The notes below the pieces were generated by a model. It was given only the letters and a program-made list of their open reading frames with translations, did not search any database and had not been told where the DNA came from. Position numbers and translations under genes: made by a program. DNA of 64,000 nt from Paramecium tetraurelia (Eukaryota): positions 248,001 through 312,000 of the forward strand of contig CT868374.1 in assembly GCA_000165425.1 (NCBI GenBank), read 5' to 3'. This document shows, in pieces, positions 55,879 to 64,000 of the stretch (position 1 is its first letter; the number at the start of each line of letters is the position of its first letter).

Positions 55879-55920
55879 TTAGGCTAATTTAAAACAATAT
55901 TATTTCTTTTGTATCTCTAA

Positions 55921-57657
55921 ATGTAATAAATTCCTAATTTAGAAAACGATGATTTTATTGAAAAATATTAAGTTAAAGGCTAACTAGGAAGGGGGTCATA
56001 TGGTGCAGTAAAATTTTGATATTAATCAAGGTTTATTAAGTTATTGATCCCAATGGATAGATATATGCTCTTAAATGTATATATAAAAGTCGTTTTAAAG
56101 AAGTCAATGGATAAGTGGGAAATTTAATTTAGAACGAAGTTGATGCATTATAAAAACTCGAAAGTTAATATATTGTTAAATTAATATCAACTTTTTATTC
56201 GGATTATCAAGGAGAATCTCTTTTTTGCATATTATTGGAATTTTGTGAAGGTAATTATTATATGCTTTACTTTAGGTGGAAATCTTTTGGAATATTTAAT
56301 TCAACAGTAAGATACATTTAATTAACAAAATGCCATAATTTTTTTCAAATAAATCCTTTAAGGAATGAAGGAAATCCATTAGAAGAGGATCATTCATAGA
56401 GATCTAAAATTAGCTAATATTTTGATACACAAAGATCAAATAAAAATTGCTGACTTTGGTTTCTGTCATATCCTAAATTCTGATGTATTTATCTCATCTA
56501 ACATAAAGACAAGCTAAATTAATTTGAACTTAGGTACACTCGGCAATTAGGCACCAGAAGTTTTGGATGATTAACCTTATGGATTAAAGTCGGACATGTT
56601 TTCAATAGGTGTCATTTTATACTAATTATTGTTTCTTGCATATCCATTTAGTATAAAAAATTAGGAAACCTTTTTAGACGAGGTCTCGAATTCAAGTATT
56701 TTTCAATAGTATTCTTTAGATCCACCTTCATTTAAGAAAAATGGTAGAAAAGTAGAACAATATTTGGAAGATTTACTTACCAAAATGTTAAGAAAAGATC
56801 CCGCTAACAGATTAGATTGGACAGATCTATTCAAATCCAAGCTATTTCAAAATAGTTATTCATGTATTCTAAAGATGATATAAAGAAATTTTTGGTTTAT
56901 CAACAATAGATGAATAAACTGAAATAGACCCTGTTTAAAGCTATATTTTTTATCAATAGCAGGTATGTGCCGATTTTGTAGAGTCAACTGTTATAATTGA
57001 TAAAAAAAAACCTATTTATCTTGATCGAGAATCTCAAATATCATTTTTAATGTACACTCAAGAATTCAGCTTTCAAATTTATCATAGATAGATTTTAATG
57101 GTAAGATAAATAAAATACTTAGTGTCTTTTTCCATGTTTCCTAATACACAAGCAGTTATATAAGAAATAAATGGAATACTAGGATTAAAATAAAAATATG
57201 TCTTATGATCTCACCAATACCCATTAAATTCTAACTTACCAATATTAAGTTGTAATGTAATGACTATCTTATTTTCAGGGCAAATCATGATAAACTTAAC
57301 AAATTAAACATTATTCAGAAGAATTGGGAAATTGAAATAATAAATCTATCAATGAGTCCATAATTTTCAAATATATTTTCAGAAGCACTTTTGAAATATT
57401 TAATAAGTCTAAGATAGGAAATCTTAAAGGATACGGAAGAATAAAAAATTAATTGGCAATAAATTTTGATTTTTTAAAATGATATTAACAATTAGCAGAT
57501 TCATAAAGTACTCTAAAAAATCAAGTTTTTTGTCTTAATACATAAAGTTCTATCTTTAGAAACATTAGAAAAAGAAGTATTTGATAAATTACTTAGTAAC
57601 GCTCAAAATGATTTTAAATAAATCGTGTACATTTATCAGAGCATAAAATTAAGTTGA
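55921..57657 (+). CDS. Ser/Thr protein kinase (ULK/ATG1-like ciliate expansion)
   Basis: LGRGSYGAV, ALK, LEFCEGG, IIHRDLKLANIL, IADFG, APE, SDMFSIG; multiple introns. Confidence 0.92.
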
Positions 57658-57721
57658 ATTTAACCTATTGATTGTAATAAACATTTCAAATTAATAATAA
57701 ATATAAAATAGTAGTTTCAAA

Positions 57722-60700
57722 TCAATTTCCTGCCTTTTGCTTTAAGTTAAACATAAACTCTAACTTTACCAACTTAACATGAATATCAATTCTGAAAAAC
57801 AATTTTCTTAAAACAATATCTTATTGTCTTCGTTTCATATTTGATCCTTTATCAGCATTTAATGGTCTAACTGGAATTTTTAATTGTTTAATTGGAGATG
57901 TTTCTGACTTTTTTTTTGTATTCTGTTCAATACTAGTTGATCTTAAGGATTATGGAATTTTTGAAGTTGATTAAACTTTTACCAATGTTGGTTCTTTGCC
58001 CTTTTAATTAGACAATTAGTTTAGGTTAATAATATCTAATACCTAAGCAACTGGAGTACGTTTAGTTTGATCCTCGAAAATTGATTAATCAATATGATAA
58101 ACAATATTGCTGCCATCAAGAGGCTAATAACAGTTATCAGGACCAATAGCTTGAGTCTCAATTTATAATTGTTTAAATCTGTTTGTATCGATGCTTGAGC
58201 CTCTTGCACTGCTATCTCTTCTGCTTCTTAAGGGAGTAAAGTTCTTTTCTGGTCTTAGAGCACTGCAGTTAATAGGTTATACTTTAATACGAGAAACTGC
58301 TTATTTTTACTCAGAGAAATTTAGAGATGACTTATTATCGATTGCTGGTTATTTAACATCAGTGAATTAATTCACTTTTCTTGAATCACTCATTGAAATA
58401 GGAATTAATTAAATTATTTATTCTCCATAATCTTTTTGAGGTGATTAAATATTTTTTGACTTTGGTTCCTCCATTATTTTCACTAAAACAATTTTATCTT
58501 GAGTCTATAATTCAAATGTATTATTTTCTAATATAGTTTAAACAGGTTTTTGTTCTTTTAGAGTTAGCTTCTACGGTGAATCTTCTTTCTTAACTATAAT
58601 ATTCTCAATTTATTTTTCAGTCAAGACATTGTTTAGCTCTACTTTTTCTTTAATCTCAGGAACAACCTCAACTTTTGAAATATTTTCCTATTCTTATTTT
58701 TTAAATAAATTATATCGACTAGGACTTTTTTTCTTTTGTTAAACTGTTATTTAATCAAATATCTACATGATATTTTATATCTTATTATTATCCTACTTTT
58801 TTTCGCTCTACAAAATTTACATAAAGCTATCTTGTTATTATTCTATGAAATCACTATTATTTTAGTAATCAATAACAGATTGTTATTCCATAACTTCAAA
58901 AGTTTTCTTTTGTTTTGAATTTTAAATTTACCCTGTCTTCAAGAACGATTTAATTTATTTTTATTATAAATCAGGAATTATAGCTTAGGATTCAAAAGGA
59001 ATAAGGGAAGAAGTTGATTCTTATTCATCTTTGTATGTTTAAGACTCTAAGACTTAATCTAGTGATTTTTCTGGTTTTATATAAAGCTTATTGATTAAAT
59101 TGTTTAATTTAGATTGAACAGGTGGTAAGTCTATGTCTAGTATTTCAATTTTTTATAATTAATTATTACTCACTTAAGGCAAAGAAGTGGATACAATTTC
59201 TTATTATTATAATTTCGTTTTCAATTAATCTAACCTTTTTGAATTAGTTTTCAATTCTGTTTTAGTCTCGAAAATATCATTAATTAGAAAAACTTATCTT
59301 TTTAAATAAAATCTTCCTTTTTCGTCTTCATCTTGACAAACACTCTATTCGAATGAGCTTTCTTCATCCAATGTGTATAAACTATTATTCTAAGTTTTAA
59401 ATCTTGGTTAATCATATATTTCTCTTATGGATTACAACTTCTAACTTATTGCATATTAAGTTTGCATTGGTAAATTTTAAGTTTTGATTTCGGAGTTTTC
59501 TTGCACTTTAACAACTTCAGTATTTTTTGATATTTCTTATTTGCATTCTTCATTATTTGGTTAGATTAGTAATTCAGATTTATTTTTGTATTATTCCAAG
59601 AATTTTGATGGTTTTATTGAGAATTCTTCCAGTTCTTAGTTTGTATAACTATTTTCTTTATTGATATTGGGTTGTTCTTGTACTTAAATTGTTACTTGTT
59701 TCTCTATTTATGGTAATTTTGTTATCTCAAGTGGAGCTAATATATCAGAATTAGATTAAGTGTTTTTTTTATAATTAAAAGTTGTATCTATCGAAAATTA
59801 ATTAATTTCTTATTTCTTTTCTGATCTATATTCAATTTCTGAGATTTCTTATTTGTTTGATCTATTGAAGAAAATGTCTAGGATATTGTTATTTGTGGAT
59901 TGACGAAATCTTGATTCTTCAGATAAGTCCTCTTTTCTATCATACCTATCAGTTAATCGATTGCTGGTATCTAATCTTTCAGTTTTATCTCCTTTTACTT
60001 ATTTACTTTGTCGAATATCTTAATTTCTTTTTTTAGTAGGGGGATCCCAAGAATCAAAAAGTTATTATTTTAGAGTCGAGACATTGCTTTTACAAAATGT
60101 CCTATCTAAAACTGACATTGATTAATCATTTTAATTAACCTTTTAAATCGTTCTTAATGAAGAACAACAGAATTATGAATGGATATCTGAATAAATAAAT
60201 TTGATTTCTTAAAATTCTTTTTTTTTGAAATTGATTGTAATTTCATTGCCATAATTCATCTTTTTAAATAATGCCTAATTCACATAAAACTGATGAGATT
60301 AAAAATCTTCTAAATTCCATTATAAAAGAGATTTTCCTTAAATTGCAAATATAAATTTATTGTTGGCACTAATATCTTCCAAATTATTAATTTTTAATTT
60401 AATCATTTTATTGGTGTAGCAATAGACATCGCCATTTTCTGTTAAAGCAAGACCACCAAATTAAAATAATAAGGATTTCTTAAAATATCCATTAATCCCC
60501 AATCCATTAAGTTAATGAATTGGTATTTAAACATCATTTTCAATGTTAAATATTTTTCCCCCAACTAAAGAATATATATACTACTAATGTACTTGTAATT
60601 AATGTTAACTTTTCTTTGTAAGTACTTATATGTTTACAATGACTGTAGATTGACTTATTAGTTTTCCACCAAAACCCTCTTCCAGCATGATCAATTGCAG

Positions 60701-61056
60701 TTGTTGGGCTAATACTCATATAATTTTTGCCTTAAACTAACTGCTTTGGTTGAGAATCAATTGAAAATAGATCTCCATTACCTTTAAAGAATATTTTTAT
60801 TTGTACTCATTAAACAAAATATTACTTTTCCATCAGAACAAATTTGCTGGACTCCAGATAGCACATTAATTGCCTCCTATTCAGTAAATTATGTGATCTA
60901 ATTATCACTAACTACAAGTCTTTTTAAGTTCTAATTATCAATAAAATAAAGTGAAGCACCCAACTTTATGGCTTAAGTAAATTTGAATCTAACTGTTTAG
61001 ATATTCTAGAGTTATAATTAATTGCATACATCCAACTAATCAAAAATAACAGACAT
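57722..61056 (-). CDS. Large hypothetical protein with possible beta-repeat (RCC1-like) N-terminus and long low-complexity C-terminus
   Basis: Long code-6 frame on the minus strand; GGLALTENGDVY motif; ends HVKLVKLEFMFNLKQKAGN*; exon structure approximate. Confidence 0.55.
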
Positions 61057-61603
61057 ATTTTATATACGTTAATATTATAAATTATCAATAATTCAAGCAA
61101 TTCACATTATCTATAAAATAATGCACCTTATGATAAAGAAAATTCAAAAACTCGGAGTATTAGTCTTCAAATCAAAATGTTTTTATATCCATTTTTTCTA
61201 TTATAAATTACATGAATTCAACATTTTTAGAATTAAATTATTATAATGAAATCCATACAAAGAATAAAAACAAAATAATATAATCTTTCAAACTCTTGTT
61301 CTTTATAATGTTTATTAATAGATAATATTATTATTAACACTTGATGATGCTCATTATGTTTAAAATAGATAAATTTTATATGAGATATAAAGGTATTAGG
61401 TATTATATTGCTTTCAAATAATATTTAAATGATTCTATCTCCTAAAGTTATAGAGAGAAGTTTTATCAAAATCCTAATTAAAGCTTTATTAAAATGATTC
61501 TTATATAATTAATACTAGTTTCTTCTATTCCGTTTAATTTGTCTATAAACTTTTGATGATGAATTCTATAAAATATTATTAGGTAATTATAAAAAATATC
61601 AAA

Positions 61604-63145
61604 ATGAATTCATTATTCGAACTTTTAGATTGTTATGATGAAAAAGAAAAGGAGATCTTTGAATTGTAAATATCGCATGCTATTCAAGCCTCAATTCAAA
61701 TAAAAATAATATGATGGATTTTTTGAAATTAGTAATTGAAACCCCTAGTGACTTACATCCAAAGTATGTCTAAATCCCTTAATTAGATATCCTTTCATTG
61801 TCAGCGAATTAATGTTTGGAAGCTATGAACAACTACTACAAATGATGTTTGAGTGGAATGGAGAACCAATTTAATATTTGCTGACATTCTTCAATTATCC
61901 ATAAAATGACACTTCGTGTGGCTATTTTGAAAAAATGATAAGACCTCTAATTTTATTGAAATCAAATGAAATCAAACCCTTCTTAGATATTTCTTCATGG
62001 ATTAAATATATTGATTAGGAGTCTATTCAAAATATATTCTAAACAATATTGGCATCAAGCAATTTGGATGACAATTTCAAACAAGATCTGTTGGGAATGC
62101 TGTTAAATTAAAATATTATAAGTGAGAATGTGTTTCGTATAATAATTAAATACTCAGACTTATTTTAAATATACGTGAATCGATACCAGGAAATTTTTAT
62201 TGTCATTTGTAATCAATCGCCTTCCTCATTTCATTAATTATGCACTATTGAATTATTTATGGGATGGAATATGATAAATCTAGAATGGCTTCATAACTAA
62301 ATTAATTATTTGGAATCGCTAATCTATAAAAATTTTGATTTTTGCAAATCCATGATGAATTTCTTACATAAACCATAAGGACTTACAGAAATTGATTTAA
62401 AAATCATACATATACTATCGCAAACAATGAACAGACCAGAAACAATTAAATTTCAGAATGTGTTATTGGAATTGTTAATTAAATATGAATGGAATAATAA
62501 TTTATAAAATATTGCCATTAAAATGTATGAGCAAATGTCTTAAGGGGATACACCTCATAAATAATATGTATTATTAGTAATGTAACATTTTAGTTTCAAT
62601 CAATAATAACTGATTTCATAACAGCTAATGTAAATTTCTAAAAATTCGAGTTTGGATTAAAAACCTAATTGCCAAGAGGATACAGATGGGTGTTTACTAG
62701 AATCGTAAAATTATTTTCATTAAACTTCGATTAAGCTTAAGACATAAATGTATTGGAGGGCAAATATTTATTAAATGAAGACCCTTATAATACCAGAGAA
62801 AGATAATCTATTAATATTCTAGAGAAGGTATCAGAAAGAAGAACATAATGGGCAAAAAGAATATAAGAAGAGGAAATGTAAAAACAAGAGGAAAAAGAAC
62901 AAATTTAAATTGAAGAAGAAGAAAATAATGAAAATGATTAATTCTTTCAACCTAGAAATAGTTTTGGAGTCAAACCACCAATAATAAATAATGATGAAGA
63001 AGTGGAAGATGAAATTCCTGTAATAGAAAATTAACCTAGAAACAGTTTTGGAATAAAACCAATAATATATGAGGAAGAGGTGGAAGATGAAATTCCAATA
63101 AGAGGAAGATCCAGTTGTTAATTCAAATAAGACGATAACGATTGA
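61604..63145 (+). CDS. SIT4 phosphatase-associated (SAPS/PPP6R-like) protein
   Basis: KYPFIVSEL and SCGYFEKM motifs, LFMGWN later, acidic C-tail; several introns. Confidence 0.65.
62948..63097 (+). repeat. Two-copy coding repeat QPRNSFG[VI]KP..EEVEDEIP
   Basis: caacctagaaatagttttggagtcaaacca..gaagatgaaattcct versus taacctagaaacagttttggaataaaacca..gaagatgaaattcca. Confidence 0.75.
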
Positions 63146-63416
63146 TTTCTAATTTTTGTTTATTTATAATATGATTGTAACTAAAAATTTAATGAAAAGT
63201 ACAAGAAGTTCAACTAAATATATTCACTTATAGTAATCAAAATAATTCAATATAGTTTACAATCTATTATGATTTTCAATTTATGATTAGTATAATAGTT
63301 TGTTATTCATAGCATCATTCAACATTAAATAAAATAATATCATGAATTAATTATAAAATTTATTATATACTAGAGTTTTTATCTTAAATATATTGATTAA
63401 TTAAATAAAATAAGAA

Positions 63417-64000
63417 ATGGATAAAGAAGACGAATTACACAATAAGGTAATTAAAGAATATAAAAATCCTTTGGAAGAGCATTTAAATTACAAAACTTAC
63501 AATAGATTGATGAGAGTTTGCTTTGCAATTTTGGTTATTTTGGGAATGTTGTAAACCTATCAATAATTCAAAAACAAAAGAGAACGAGTTTTGAGATTTC
63601 TATGAAAATTTTTTCACGTTAATATTTTTTTTTTCATATATTTTCAAATATCTCAAAATGGTTCTCGACTTACTAAATAATAAAATACTTTTTTTATAAA
63701 TTTAATTTATAGTTTATTTTGATATATTTATATAGATCCTCAAATTTTGGTTGGCTAATCTTTTCTTTTTATTATCTTACTTATTGTTAACGCAGCACTT
63801 TGATTAATTGTGAATTTACTCTTTTATTCATTGTTTAATTTCATATTTCTTTTCATTCTTATATAAATATTTTATATTTATACCTAAAAAGAACCATGCC
63901 AATATTGTATTCTGGATAATAGGTTTCAAAGTCTTACATTCTGTCTAAATTAATTTTATAGATTTCCTCCATACAAGGATACTTATAATATTTTCAAAGA
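63417..64000 (+). CDS. Probable membrane protein, 3'-truncated by the window
   Basis: MDKEDELHNKVIKEYKNPLEEHL..RLMRVCFAIFG then hydrophobic segments; frame not fully resolved. Confidence 0.4.

Overview
Gene-dense, very AT-rich ciliate macronuclear DNA, almost certainly Paramecium. TAA/TAG read as Gln, TGA is the only stop, introns are 20-31 nt GT..AG, and intergenic spacers are often under 100 bp. The supplied ORF track stops at TAA/TAG, so it only shows fragments and antisense artefacts. I re-translated by eye with genetic code 6 and found about 40 protein genes. Recognisable ones include a WD40/coiled-coil protein, an EF-hand protein, a tandem papain-fold pseudoprotease, FAM135-like lipase, ARL3, CHY zinc finger, calcineurin A, a CaaX ubiquitin-fold protein, RNPS1-like, Zn alcohol dehydrogenase, Rab, HSL-like lipase, CDC50, RanBP2 zinc finger, MORN protein, HSP70 with two perfect heat-shock elements, a J-domain protein, RING-H2 ligase, six LITAF genes, NDUFA2, ATP synthase alpha, an intronless Bacteroidetes-like PPDK, a Ser/Thr kinase and a SAPS protein. 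Most notable: (1) a ~0.8 kb near-identical inverted duplication (HSP70 3' end plus LITAF) around a ~10 kb spacer, next to a decayed HSP70 relic and a tandem LITAF array, forming a possible proteostasis locus; (2) the probable horizontally acquired PPDK; (3) the doubly inactivated cysteine protease; (4) recurrent 1-2 nt insertions frameshifting conserved genes, most likely consensus errors. All family assignments come from motif recognition, not database searches.
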